Shown here one piece after another: positions 22,360 to 35,692 of a DNA stretch of 64,000 nt (position 1 is the stretch's first letter; each line of letters opens with the position of its first letter). This DNA comes from Felis catus (lineage: Eukaryota): NCBI RefSeq assembly GCF_018350175.1, contig NC_058373.1:111788001-111852000 (forward strand), written 5' to 3'. A program made the translations under genes and the position numbers. The notes beneath the pieces were generated by a model. The model was given only the letters and a program-made list of their open reading frames with translations, did not search any database and was not told where the DNA came from.

Positions 22360-24248
22360 AACCTTTTCTATATTTAGTTACTATATTTTTACTATTTTTT
22401 TTACTATTAAAAGTAATATTTTCATGAACATTCCCTCACGTACATCTTTAATAACATTGCTGATTGTTTCCTAGGATAGATTCATGAAATTTGAATCACT
22501 GGGACAAGATATGCTAAGATTTTTAAGTCTCTTGATATATAGCTGCAAATTGTTTTTCAGAACCATTTTAAGATTCTACTGCAATCAGTACCAGCATTGA
22601 GTCTCATCTTTAAAAAAAAAAATCCTTGCCTATTTGAGAAGTACAGGGAATAAATTGTTTTGTTCTTCCCAGCATCGCTTTGGGGAACATTCCTGCCCCT
22701 ATTCCATAATCATTCAGATCAGACCCTAGAAGCACAAACAGTATTCAGTGATGACGTGTATATTATATGCCTCCATGTGACGACACCACATATTTTCTTG
22801 CTTAAATTGGCTTTGCATCATAAAAGGAGAAAGCTCTCACAATCCATCTTGATTGTTTTAGAAAAAGTCTTATGCAAACAGCATCTTGCATTCATATTAC
22901 TCTTCTAGAGGAATCCAGGCTTCACTGGGTCAGAGCTTCCTTTCAGTGATAAAAAGCTCTCCAAAGGGTATTTTCTTTTTGGATTTTTGGCTCCATACAG
23001 TGTCAGTCCCTGATGTATCCTTTGCAGATGATGGTATTTATAGCTCAGTGTGTAATAACTTATGGAAGGAAAGCATGTCGAAAGCTTAGGCTGGACCCCC
23101 AGTGTGAGGTATGTAGGGATGTGATGGGAAACATCATGTGAGTCCACCAAAAGCATGCAAGAGACAGAGCTAAAAAACAGTGTGTGGGAGGAAGCAAAGC
23201 CACAAGAAGACTGTGTTTTTCAGAGTTTGAGATGCAGTTTCCTTTTAAACAAAAGCAGGTCCTGACATAAAAGACACATTGATGTTCACTCTCTGGTTTG
23301 ATTGAGGAGAGAGGCAGGGGTGAACTAGGGAAAAAAACCCAGAGATCTTTGCGAGAGCATGATGAAGAACCTACGTGCACAAGAGTCTGGACTCAAAGAT
23401 TCCGGTTCAAGAAACCTCCAGGGAAGATTTGCATCTCTTATTGTGAGGGTGGGTTCTGTCTAAGAGCAACCTGCAATTTACCTGTTCACACGTTGCTCCT
23501 GTTCTAAGGCTCATTGTCAATAGAGTTAAATAACATTTTTTCATTATTGAGTACAAAAGTTAAATACCCTTGATGGTTGTTTTCCTAAGGAGTTATAATG
23601 TTGTGGGGGGAGGGGGATGCACACTTTAGTTTGGAAAAGAGTGCTTAAATCTCCCTCAGTTAGCCATTCCTAAAAAAAAAAAAAAAATAGCTTATTTGTA
23701 ACTCAAGTCTCCATGGCTTCCCTTTGGCAGCTCCTGGAATTGTTTGCATCAAGACTGGTTGGAAACAGCCAGTCTCTAGAGGGTTTGCCTGGCAAACTTT
23801 ACAGAATAGTTGCTCTGAGTCACTGCGGGGAAGAGATGCTGAAGGGAAGAGAAAAAGGCATCAACTAACAATTACAGGCTAAGAGAAATACCCCAATTAA
23901 CTTCCTGTTTTAGCAAAAGTTAAATGTGTGCACTCCCTAACCACCACTATAATGACTGTTCCAGCTATGAAGCTACTATTTCTCAGTCCTTACCCACCTT
24001 TCTATATAATATTCAGTGATACGAGAGCACACTTCTGTTTTGCCAGATGGCTCTCCGTTAGGCTGTTCAGAAGAGGGTACTACAGGGAGACAGCGATGCG
24101 GGGAAGGCAGACCCATCTTCCCAGCCAGTGAGGCACCTGGGTGGGGTGGACTGCTTTCTGCACTGGCCACTTCCGTGATACTACAGGATTCTCGTAGTTT
24201 TCTTTCAGAAGCTTTGATAATAACTTTCTATCGAGTTAAGAGCTCTTT

Positions 24249-24470
24249 TTTTTTTAAATTTTTTACATTTATTTATTTTTGAGAGATAGAGACAGCGTGA
24301 GCAGGGGGCAGGCAGAGAAAGAGAGAGAGAGGGAGACACAGAATCCGAAGCAGGCTCCAGGCTCTGAGCTGTCAGCACAGAGCCTGGTGCAGGGCTCAAA
24401 CCCACGAACCGTGAGATCATGACCTGAGCCGAAGTTGGACGCTCGGCCGACTGAGCCACCCAGGCGCCCC
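24249..24470 (-). mobile_element. CAN-SINE
   Basis: TSD tcgagttaa(g/c)agctcttt at 24231-24248 and 24471-24488. Confidence 0.97.
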
Positions 24471-24624
24471 TCGAGTTAACAGCTCTTTATATTACATTTA
24501 TTCTGTATAAATAACTGGAGTGGGTTCTGAGCCCTGACTGACCCATGAGCCTACGTAGATCTTTATATTCAACTCACTGGGAAAGGTCTAATCGCCTCTC
24601 TTTTTGATAGGGTGTGCTGGCTTG

Positions 24625-24890
24625 CGACATGAAATTTCAAAATAGGGAAATATATAGAAACAGAAAGTAGATTGGTGGTTGCTTTGGGTGGAAGTGAGGG
24701 GAAGGAGACAGATAAGGGAGAGGTATGGGGATTGGTTGTTAGTGGGATTTTTTTAGGGCAAGATGAAAACGTTCAAAAATTAGATTGTGGTGTTGGGGGC
24801 ACAATCCTGTTAATACACTAAAAAACATTGGCTTGTACACTTTAAATGGGTAAATGGTATGGTATGTGAATTGTATATCAGAAAAAATGT
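24625..24890 (+). mobile_element. L1 (L1MB-like) 3' end
   Basis: atagaaacagaaagtagattggtggttgc...aaaattagattgtggtg...gtacactttaaatgggtaa..ggtatgtgaattgtatatc. Confidence 0.85.
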
Positions 24891-25054
24891 TCAAAATGGC
24901 AGGACACATTTGGCCTATAGGCTGATTTTGCTGACTTTTGCTTTAAACTTATCCACATTCTATCCGTCATTGAAGAACTGTATCAATGAATTTTAAAAAC
25001 CAGCCTCTGGAGGCCTATGATTTCTAATACTCTACTTATGTTCTTAGCTGTTCT

Positions 25055-25440
25055 GTAAATATTTATTGAGACTTATCAAATGTTAGACGCTGTGCTAAGT
25101 ATTTGGGATATAAAGATTAGTTGTACACAGTTCTCATCCTAAAGAAGTTTATAACCTGGTAACAAAAACAGATGTAGCCAAATAATCAGCGCAAAGTGAT
25201 ATGGCATACATATGGTGCATGTTCTTGGTAGAAAGAAGGGCTATTTAAACTTTCCTTTGATGGCTAGATGTTGATGGAGTGTTGATCAGAGAAAGTGGCA
25301 GAGTGGTGAGTCCTAAAAGGCAGTGTGGGAGTTCTCCAGGTGGGCAGAGGAAAAGGGCACTGCAGCCAGAGGGAAGGGTGAGAGCCAAGGTTGAAGGTAG
25401 GAATCAGCACCAGACATCTGGGAACTTAAGTGGTTTCACA
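25055..25440 (-). mobile_element. L2 fragment
   Basis: aaatatttattgagacttatcaaatgttagacgctgtgctaag...ttctcatcctaaagaagtttataacctgg. Confidence 0.65.
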
Positions 25441-28139
25441 GGCAGTAAGTAGAGGGGGGATGGCCCTAGGAGGGGAGCCGGGCTTGAACATGGACCCCCC
25501 CTTTTTTCAATCTCAACAATCCTGCTTCTCTTTTCTCTCAAGCTACTGCCTCTCCTTTGCTGCCAATTCCAATATAAATGTCCTCTGTCCTCAGTCTCCT
25601 TTGCCAGCCAGACTTTCTCCTTTTCTTCTTAGTATCTTCCTCTTGTTTCTCTACCATGATGGTTTCAATAAAATTATTGTCTATTTACTATTCTTCAGCA
25701 AATCTTTTGTTACGTTCTGTTAAGTCTTTCCCACTGTTACCACCAGTTTGGCAGAGTGTTTTGGCTCATCTCTTTGATGTGTTAGCTTTCTTGAGGGTTT
25801 TGGTACCGAAAAATCTAGAGGTCAGTGTTATGCTAAGTTCTGCTTTCTGTACTTGACCAAGGACAAACACTTATTAGTATTCAAAAATGATACATTCTTA
25901 TATTTTCTGTCTAATGTGTTTCTTGAAATCAGGAAGACAGAGCACAGGGGTCCTGTGACTGGGCCATCCATTAGACATGACTATCATCTTGTGGTTCCTG
26001 GAATCTCTCAGGGTCATGTCTTTTGCTTGGATACCAGATTTGTCAAATGAATAATGTGGTCCTTCTGCCCAAAATACTTTTTAGATCTTACCCACAATGA
26101 CACTGGCACTTCATTATTTCAGAAATAGGAAACCACATGCCTTGGCCTTGCAGTTGTGAAATTAACACATATGGCCGTGATATTCTCTCTGCCAAGGTAT
26201 AATCTCAACCAGGTAGTGACCAAATACAAGAATATTGCATGGAGTTAGGGGTGAGTAAGGGGAGAAGTGGCAGGTAGCAAAGAAGGGAAAAAGAAAGTCA
26301 AGATAATCTGGAAAAAAAAAAAGGAGTGGGGGTAGGGAGGGTGGGGTTGGTTAGGGATCAAATTCAAACCCGTTTATGTTAAGAGTGAATTATCTACAGT
26401 GGGGGAAAGTTTGCCATCGCCTTTAAGAAGGCACTCATTCCTAAAGCCAGTCATAAATTTTCTTAAAAATTAGAATGAGGTTGACGTTTGTTGGGGACAA
26501 TACTGGGGTGGTGTGTGGGCACCAGTGTCAGCTGATGGGGCAGTTCAGTGGCTCCCAGGTAAGCCAGCTAAGCTCGCATGCCCACTGCAACGAGGAGGTG
26601 AACCTGCCGTTCATGGGTGCCTATAGAGCTCTCCTAAAAGATGCCACTTGAGGAATTTGCATTCATTGGCTTGTCAGCATTTATTTTTAATTTTATTTTC
26701 AATAAATATTCATATCACAATCATTATCAAAGATTAGTCATAGAAATTAAAGTTTCTTTTTTAGTTACGTCCCCAATGTACCTTGTCAGCGTTATGAAAA
26801 TGAATGTTTTCTTGAAAATGCATTTTGGGAGGACAGGAAATGTCTCTGGGGGGAGGGGGGAAGCAGTAGAAATCTCCCCAGCCCGCTTGTAGTGAGAGCT
26901 GACTCTCCCCACCTCCCCTTCCTCCCCTTCTTCCAGCTCGCCAGCAGCACTGAAGGGCCCACCCTGACTCTCCCTGTTTTCCCTACCTTGTTTTCTTTCT
27001 GCAAAAACATAAATCTGGTAATCTCAAATATCCCTTGACCTGCCAGGTTTGTATTATTTTTTGAAAGTCAAAGATTCTGAGCAGAAACAGATATCAAGCC
27101 TCCCCCTGGGCTTTCTTTTCCTTTCTACTCCTCCACTCTCTCCTGACCCCCAACCCCACCCTCTCCCCAAGAAGGACCAACAAAGCCCCCAGCTACCAAA
27201 TGAGCCCTACATGAATTCAAATACCTACCTCAGCTGGAGGACTTTCTACATGAGTAGGGTCTGAACCGTCTGTTCAACCAGCCAAGGGCCGTGCTGTACT
27301 TACCATCTCTGATTTTACTTTGCATTAATCTAAATTATGAAATAAATCAGCTAGTGACAAACCTGGCCATGCCCCAAACATGGTGCTAGTGTAGGGCATC
27401 AGTTCCTGTCACTGGAGGCTCAGCGTCTCCCTGAGGCCATGTCTCTTTTCCCAGGGAATTGTTGACACACGTTTTTTCAGTGCCTCTTCAAGGGCTGCAG
27501 CCCAGTGTGGTTCACTGGGAAGGTGAAAATCTTATTCTTGAATTTCTCATTAATATTCCTCCTCATGTCCTCTCTTCCTGTGGGACAGCCCAGCAAGTCC
27601 TGGTTCAAGTGCAACTGGCCTCACTGTGCCAACACTTCCCTGATATGTTGTGATCCCAGAACTGACTTGAGTCAAGTTTGGTGATGACCTGAATCACATA
27701 AAGGCTGAATTATTCAGGAAGCTTCCCTCCTCACCTGCACAGGAAACTGAGGAGACCGTTGAAACTGAGGAACCATTGAAAGGAAGCAAAGACAATTCGC
27801 GAAGCCCTGTTTATTTTACTTAAGGCCCCCCTCTGGCAATGCCTGAAATTAAGCTGCTTCCCTGTCCTCTCCCCAGCATGAAGGACTCACTGGGCAGCTG
27901 TGGTTTTAGAAGTCTTTCTGTGTGAACATCATTAAACTTCAGATTCCTCAGGGTAAAAGGCAAATGGGGAATGAGGGTTGCCTGCCTGGGAGATGCTGAG
28001 GTTAAACACTGAGCGATAAAGCCATTCACTGATTTCAAACTTCTCTTTGTTGTTTCTTTGGCTTTCACTCAAGACTTCTGTGTGTCCACTGCTGGGCAGT
28101 AGAAGGTGGGGATGTGGTGATGTGGTGGTGTGGGAATGC

Positions 28140-28159
28140 AGGGATTTGGAGTAGGTGAG

Positions 28160-28192
<33 letters not shown>

Positions 28193-28194
28193 TG
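28140..28194. repeat. (TG)n microsatellite
   Basis: ~17 TG units from 28160. Confidence 0.9.
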
Positions 28195-30224
28195 AAGTTT
28201 GAGGAAGTCATACAAGGTGGGTCATACAAGGTTGGCAGGTCCTAGCTTCTCTTTATTACAACCCCAGGACAATTTGAAGCAAGTCACAAGGACCTATTGG
28301 TAGACAAAACTACCCCATAAGTCCTTCAGCCTCTCTCTGTAGTGGGGTTTCAACATTTCCCTCTATGTAACAGGTCAAAGGGGGAAGACCAACACTGCTA
28401 AGCTGTGGTCTGGATGTCAGGCTGACTCGTGCCAGCATCATCAGCTTTGCAGGATAAGGGCTAGAATATCTTACTTATCCTGGACCCAAAGCTGCCTCCC
28501 AGTGTCTAAGGCAGTGATTCATGGAGGTACCAAGATTCACAACTGGGAAGGGGTATGGCAAGAAATTTCTTATACCACTTACAATGGAATTTGCTGATGG
28601 TTTACTTACAGAAGTGAAATGTTTTGCATATAATCCCCAGAATGTTGTCCCCCACACTGGCCCTCATTTGGCTATGCTTTCCTGCTTCGGAGTGAGAATG
28701 GTTGAGTTCCAACCACCATACCAGGCACACGATGCCTGTGAGCATCATCCATTGGGTAGTGGGGGCTGCTGATCCAAGGCAGGCATTTCACCATTCCCCA
28801 CGGAGGAAACTGAAAGCAAGAAGCAACAACAGGAATGATAAATGCAACCAGCCAGGCGAAGGCTGAATGGGTCTGTGGGATTCTGTCTCTGACACTGATC
28901 CTGACTGGTAAAGGCAGCATGAGGGGAGGGATCGGGGCTGTGTCTGGGCTCCTTTGGTGCTGTCCACTAGGGTGAGGATGGTGAAGCCAATCGAGTATTT
29001 GACACATAAACTCTCTGCTGGACTTTCACGACCAAGTCCATTTCCACTGTCCCTAGTCCCTTTTCTTCAACTTTTTCCCCAGGAAGAAGAAAGCAGAGTG
29101 AGACTCAACAATGTCCATTGCATTTCCCATCAGCCTAGGAGGAAGAACTTCCATGCAATTTTGTCCCTTCTGCACTATGGCAAGTCTGACAGGTACCTCC
29201 CAGGTCACTGGGCAAGTCCTTGGCGTTCCTCCACCCTCCTCCCTCCTCCCTCCGGTGGGCACATGGTATTACTTTCGCTGTGATTAAGGCTTGGAAGCAG
29301 GTGTATTTTGGGTCGAATTTAAAAAACCCTAAAGAATTTCCATGGTGACACTGGTGACAATCATATACCAAGCTCATAAAAGCCATTTTGGTTTTTATTT
29401 GTATCACACACAAATTGTACATTTATATTTTTAGCTCCAGACTTTATTTGCTCCGTGTCCAGAGAGAGAGCTGGAAGGGACGGGGATGATAGACTGCTTC
29501 ACCTACTCAAGAACTTCCAAAATCTCTCACTAGATAAAAAGTGAATGAAGGATCCTTGACAGGTTCAAATCAACTATTTGGGATTTCTCCACTGGAGCAA
29601 ATGAATTTGCAGTTTCATAACTTTCTTAGAATTCCCCCCTGTTACTCTATACTGTGATCCTTTCAACTACGAGCTTAGTCCTGGTATCTGTCATGAGTTT
29701 TAAATCTGACAGTGGCTTTTAATTAAACACTTGTTTATCATTCAGTTAATGGGCTAAGACTAATGATGAAGGGAAAAACAGGCTTTCAGTGATTTTCTCA
29801 CCTATCATATGATACTTGAGAAAAATAATAAAGTGATTTACTCAAGGGTGAGTTAGTATAGATGCCATTTCCTCTATTTGTTCTCTTATATGATTTCTGG
29901 GATGATTTGGGACAGCCACTGTGCTTGGGTACATCAAGAAATTACTATAAATCTGTCTGGAGGAGCTCGGAGACATCCAACATCTCCCTCAAGCCAGAAG
30001 CTGCTGCTAGGTCTGGGCACACAGCCATCTGCAGCGTGATCCTTGAAATTTGAGATGACAAATCTTCAGGGTCACCTTTCTTTCTTTTCTCTTTTTCAAG
30101 TGTGTGCGCTGGGAACTTTAGGCACATTCCTGTTAAATGCACACCGGTTAGCCTGATTCACATGGCCTCATTTCCTTTGTGCCTGTCTTCTCCACCCCTC
30201 TGCCTCAAATTTCTAAACACTGAG

Positions 30225-30380
30225 CAAGGTTTTGAGAGTTAGGAGTCCTGAGTTCTCTGCAGTGAAATATGAGACCCTGGGATAGTCGCTCAGTCACTTG
30301 GTACCTCAGTTTTTTCCATCTAAAGAGCAGGGATAATTATACAGTTCTCTGAACTATCAAAATGAAGTATTGTGAAAATC
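30225..30380 (+). mobile_element. MIR
   Basis: ggagtcctgagttc...cctcagtttttccatctaaagagcagggataat. Confidence 0.65.
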
Positions 30381-30789
30381 AGTTATGGAGGTGGAGGTTT
30401 AAAAACGAAAGAAGAAACCAGGAGCCTCTGACTATCTGAGGATATACTTGGACGTACTTCCCTGACCCCTGGGCCGGAAGGTGGCACATGGATATAAGAT
30501 GGATGGTTGGGATGTTCATGGTCATTATAATGGGATACATAGAAAATCCAATGACTCTCGGGCTTCTGGTGGGAACACCCACGGAAGCTGAGCTTGTAAA
30601 TTGATCATCACAGCCATAAAAATGTTTCTAATCCTCCTTGTTTAATCCGAGCCACCAATCTCGAATATCCTCATTTGGTCTTGAAGGAGGGAGGTTCAAG
30701 ATAAGATCTGATGCATCCTACAAGTAGACCACTTGCTTGCATTGGAAAGGAGAATCCGGTCTGAGCATTTTGAAGACTCCATATTGAGA

Positions 30790-31230
30790 ACTCCTAAGTT
30801 GGTGGTCCTACAAGAGTCCATGGATAGAATTCAAAGGTTCTGTGAACTTAGATGGGAAAAAAATTACATCTTTATTTTCATGAAACTTTATCTGAAATTA
30901 AGTATTTTCTTCAAGTATAAATGGAGGCAATAAACCCCAATAGTATTGGCAGTACCTGTGTCTCTGTTACTATCAGAAATTGAAGATATTTTCATATGAT
31001 ATTGCTATTGCTGTGCATACCTTAAAATATTACACTGATAGCTGCTTTGAAATTGCCAAAGTTATTAGACCAGCTGTTAGCACTGGATGAGTTAATAAAG
31101 AAGCACATGTGCAACACTGTATCGCACATTTGATTAAAAATATTTTTCTATTTCAATATAATTTGTTTCCTTAGAAACTCTATGTATTTGACTTTGTGTA
31201 TTTAAAAACACTATTCTGTGAAGGGGTCAT
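30790..31230 (+). mobile_element. Charlie4a-like hAT element
   Basis: gtccatggatagaattcaaaggttctgtgaacttagatgggaaaaaattacatctttattttca...ttaataaagaagcacat...tttaaaaacactattctgtgaaggggtc. Confidence 0.8.
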
Positions 31231-31359
31231 TATTATTCTGTGAAGGGTAAGACTGCCTGCCCCAGAGTGTGTCTGATGCCTCCCAGGGCCTGAGGCAGCA
31301 GCTGTGAACAGGGGGCAGAGCCCAGGCGTCCCTTCTGAATTATGGTCAGAGAGCTTAGG

Positions 31360-31900
31360 GCCGTGCCCTGGGTTCACCTCTGTCTAGTTGTGGGGGCACT
31401 TAGCTTCTTGGAGTTTCCATTTCCTCCCCGTAAAAAGAAATAATAATTCCCCGTGTGTTTTGCACGGAGATCAAATGAAATAATAAGTATCGGGATGCTT
31501 TGTAAACTGTGGAGTGCTGTGGAAATGTTAGTTATTAATATTCAGTGGGGCCAGACACTTCTTTTACTTAGCATCAGACCAGTGATGAAAGGGAAATGGA
31601 AGAAAATAATCAGGGGGCCCGATGTTTTGTGTGCAAGACACTGGAGAAGAAAAGTACACGCGTGGCTTAAATTACAGAAATTTGTACATAAGGTTAAGAA
31701 TATAATGGAATCAGAGCTGGGTGAAAATCCCTGTTCCGCCGCATACTAGCTGAGTGTCTTTAGCAAATTATTCACACTTTCTGAGTCTCAGTTTGCTTCT
31801 CTGAAAAATGGGGATAAGAGCTACTTAACAAGGTTACTGGTGAAGATTAAATAGCATTTATTCCTGTACCAGCATGTAGGACTCAAGATTTGTGTTTGCA
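31360..31900 (+). mobile_element. Two MIR copies (~31360-31540, ~31685-31900)
   Basis: ctgggttcacctctgtc...atttcctccccgtaaaa; tctgagtctcagtttgcttctctgaaaaatgggataag. Confidence 0.7.
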
Positions 31901-32152
31901 TGCTTTTCCAGACATGCTGTTTCCTAACAAGATAGGGCAAATGAGAGAAGTAGAAAGGGGCACAAGAAATGTCCATAGAATTTCCTCATGAGTTATGACT
32001 CCAGAAGCTTTATTTTTCAACAGTGTGTTTTAGATGAGTTTTACCAAGGAAATTTGCAGTGTGCATCGATGAGCTTGACCTTCATTCTGGTGGGCTGTAC
32101 GGGGCACAGAGCTCACTTGGCGTCACCATAAATCTCACAACGCTCTAACCCA

Positions 32153-32587
32153 TGCTGCTGTCCAGTATGTGGATATTTAATTTTGGATTAATTTAAACTG
32201 AGCAAAATTTAAAATTCCATTCCTTAGCTGCACTAATCACATTTCTTTTTTTAATCTTTTTTTCTTTTCTTAAAAAAAATCTTTAGTGTTTGTTTATTTT
32301 TGAGAGAGAGACAGAGCGCGAGCAGGGTAGGGGCAGAGAGACAGGGAGACACAGAATCCGAATCAGGCTCCAGGCTCTGAGCTGGCAGCACAGAGCCCCA
32401 CACGGGCCTCGAACTTATGAACCGCGATACCACGACCTGAGCTGAAGTCCGACGCTCAACAGACTGAGCCACCCAGGTGCCCTGCACTCGTCCCATTTCA
32501 AGTGTTCAGTAGTCACACGTGGCTAGTGGCTGCCACAGAACGGCGGAACATTGCCATCACTGTGGAGAGTCTATTGGGCAGCACTGT
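32153..32587 (-). mobile_element. MER3-like hAT-Charlie element split by a SINE
   Basis: tgctgtccagtatg...catttcaagtgttcagtagtcacacgtggctagtggctgcc...ctattgggcagcactg. Confidence 0.85.
32247..32483 (-). mobile_element. CAN-SINE
   Basis: TSD tgcactaatcacatttc / tgcactcgtcccatttc. Confidence 0.96.
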
Positions 32588-33524
32588 GACTAGGAGCTAA
32601 AGGCTAAGTCTTCCCTAACAACATAGCCTAAACTGTGTAGGGTCATGGACATAAAATTTGGCAACAAGCAGCCTGGCGTACACCCTCCCGACTCCCTACT
32701 CCCACCCCGTCTGAAGCTTAGCAGGCCCCAGAAACGGGGATGGAAGGTACCTTCTAAAGACTTGTTTGCATGGAACGTTGAGTGTCTCTAGTGTCCACCA
32801 TACGGTGCCTCTGGACCTTACCACAATCCATAATGGATGGTCCGTCCACCTCTGTTCTTCCTTTCCTACTCCCTCTGCCCCATTTCTCACAAAGTCTGAT
32901 TATTCTGGCGAGGCGCTGTGGCCCTATCCTCTGTGATCTCATCTACCTCCAGAGTTATCTAATTAGAATTTAAATTGGGAAAGGATTGTAGGAGAAGTGG
33001 TGACTCCAGTGCAGCTTTCTCTTTGTATCACAGAAGAGCGGAGCCTCGCACCCACTTCCTTTGATATGGTAATGTCACTAATCTTATTTGCAAAAGTTCG
33101 TTCAACCAGTGGAATGGGAGTCACTAAACCAGCAGTCCTGATTTGATGGATTTCTCAGCAAAGTCAAGCGTGCCTTCTGCCTCAGTTTCTCCTTTTTAGC
33201 ATGGGGATGTCACTTCTCACCACTCACCACCTTCCAAGCATCCGGGAGCATCATAAAAAGGAAGTGGTTTGTAAAATCACCCTTACCAACTAAGAAGCTA
33301 ATTTACCATCTCTTTCAAGATTCTTTTTACCTTGCCTTCCTTTTCTCAACATATTCCTGGAAGGAATACTCTTCTCACCAGCTTGTCTGTTTTCCAAAAC
33401 CAACCAACTAACTTCTATTTACATAGGAGGTATCTTTGTGGATTCAAGGTAAGGGTCACTGGAAAGGAGGAGGAAACTATAACCTAGGAAAATCTGTCAC
33501 TGTCACCTCATACACAAGAAGATG

Positions 33525-33800
33525 CTTTAGTTAAGGTAATGCTAGCTGCTGGAAAAGATAAACCCCAACACAGCAGTGGTTGAACACAAAGGAAGCTTAT
33601 TCTTCACTCACCTGAAGTCCCACCTGGTGTTTCATTAGAGGGTTTCCATGGTGAATTTTGCAAACACAAAAGCACTTCCTTTCGTGTCTCTACCTGCTAG
33701 TTCTTCTACAACCAGCCAGTGGATCGGGCAGCCAGAGCGGATACTGCGCAGAAGCTTGACGTGGGCCAGGCTGGAAGCAGCTCACGGCACTCTCTTTGCT
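33525..33800 (-). mobile_element. Old MLT1 (J/K/L-like) LTR fragment
   Basis: agttaaggtaatgctagctgctg...aaaccccaac..cagtggttgaacacaaaggaagcttattcttcactcac. Confidence 0.55.
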
Positions 33801-35455
33801 GAATGTACTGTTTGAATCTGATCTGCTGCACGAGGACTTGGGACTGGCTATGATCAAGTCTGCCTTGGATCCACAGTTTTCTTCCTCTGCCTACACCAAG
33901 GATGCGAGGGCTTATCAAGCCACCGCCCACCTCAGTGTCTTAGCTGGGTGAGGTTGGTCCGGGATTGTGACTGGATCTCCCACCTCCACTGGGGAATCCC
34001 GGCCAGAGAGGGTGCCAAGGGGGCCCTCATCCGTGGCCTTAGCACGGAGACCATCTCCCAGCTTTCCATTCCTCTGTTGATAGATTAGTCATTGGGACGT
34101 GTGAGCTTGGAGAGACACCTGTCCTCAGAGAGCTACAAGAATTCCCCCTGAAAACCGGTGAGCGACATCTTGGCCAGCCTAGAAGTACCTTCGGTAAGAG
34201 TGAGGGAGGGGGACCGTCATGTGGCTCTCTCAGCGCTCTGACACAAGTCCTCAAAGACTGTTCGTCCCATAGAACTGCAGTGGCAGATGTTTCAGATCAG
34301 CTAAGTTGCCCCTCCCCCTAGGATTCTCTCCAGCAGTCTCTCTCGGCTCAAGTCGGTGTCAGCTCAGGCAAGACAAACTAATTTTAATCCGAGGGCAAGT
34401 AAAAACACAATTTAGAAGGTAAATCTGTTTCCCCCAAAGCATACAGTTCTCTGTTCACTTGTGCGGTTTTTAAAGCATCTGTAAAGACAAAAGACATGCA
34501 TTTGTCAATACAGAGACAGCTGCTCATTTGTTTGTGGAGTTTGCAATTAAATACCCAGCTTCTGCTGCCCAGTGTGATATATTTTGGAGGGCAGGCGAGA
34601 AAAGAAGAATTTTAACTCAAAGCATTGAGCAGAGAGGGAAGCAAAACCCTGAACAGGCCCCGAATGTTCTTTGAATAGAAATGTTGGCATGAAAGACCTA
34701 AGATCTAAATTGTCCCCCAAGGTGGGGCTGCTTTTTGCTCAATGTTATTTTAGCGCCTTCACATTCCCCCTCCCCCCCACCCCAAAGAAGCCAGCAGATG
34801 AAGATGGATGAGCTTTTCCAGTTGCCTAAATATTTAAAGCTATCAGCGGGCTCCTGCCTCTCCTGCAGGCCGTGGTTTAACTCTTCAGTTGCAGCTGGGC
34901 CAACATTTGTATAGACCAGACGCAGTGAAACGGCAGGGCTTGGTCACCAGAGCACAGGGGACTTGTCTGCCTGCCTCCCTCTTCCGGAGGGCAGGAAGCT
35001 CTTTAGTATGCCCTACTTAGCTTGCAATTCAGAGAAGGTCGCTCTGTTCCCAAGAAGGTACTCAGTCATGATAGATATGGTTAGGATGATAGCCCAGAGG
35101 CTGTGGGTTAGGAAAACACATTTATTAGAGAAGGCTGGAGACCGCAATAATTAAGTGACACAAATGAACGCAAGTTAATGCAATCTCAATCGCATTGTAT
35201 GTGTTCTGCTGCTTCCCTCCACCTCTCCCTGCAGCAGCCCAGGCTAGAGAAAGCATGGACAGGAAAGGAGCAGTTCTGGAAGTCGGGCCTCCCCCCAGTC
35301 TCCCCTGGAAAGTTAGTCTTGAAGGTGGAGGCAGCAAGGACCTGGATCTGCTATGTTCTGTCCCCAGACGCAGCCGGCAGATTTTGTGTAACTTTGGGCA
35401 AGACTTTCTATACCTCAGTTTCAAGGCTTGACAGATCCAGAATCCTTATCCCTAG

Positions 35456-35457
<2 letters not shown>

Positions 35458-35499
<42 letters not shown>

Positions 35500-35692
35500 A
35501 GTTTATTTATTTATTTTGAGAGAGAGAGTGCAAGCAGTGGAGAGGCAGAGAGAGAGGGAGAGAGAATCCCAAGCAGGCTCTGTGCCATCAGAGCAGAGCC
35601 CGATGTGGGGCTTGAACTCATGAACTGTGAGATCATGACCTGAGCCGAGATCAAGAGTCGGACACTTAACCAGCTGAGCCACCCAGATGCCC
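35458..35692 (-). mobile_element. CAN-SINE whose tail has become (TA)n, inserted in a MIR
   Basis: TSD tccctagta at 35449-35457 and 35694-35702; (TA)n 35459-35496; MIR core at ~35340-35450. Confidence 0.95.

Larger units (their letters stand above)
21540..22650 (-). mobile_element. Old L1 fragment hosting three SINEs
   Basis: tattccatcatatacatgtgccacag...atgaacattccctcacgtacatc...tttcctaggatagattc...gaatcactggg. Confidence 0.65.

Noticed and set aside
28521..28772. ATG-initiated 83-aa ORF in the repeat-free block
   Set aside because: No recognisable homology or exon signals; it cannot be supported without conservation data.
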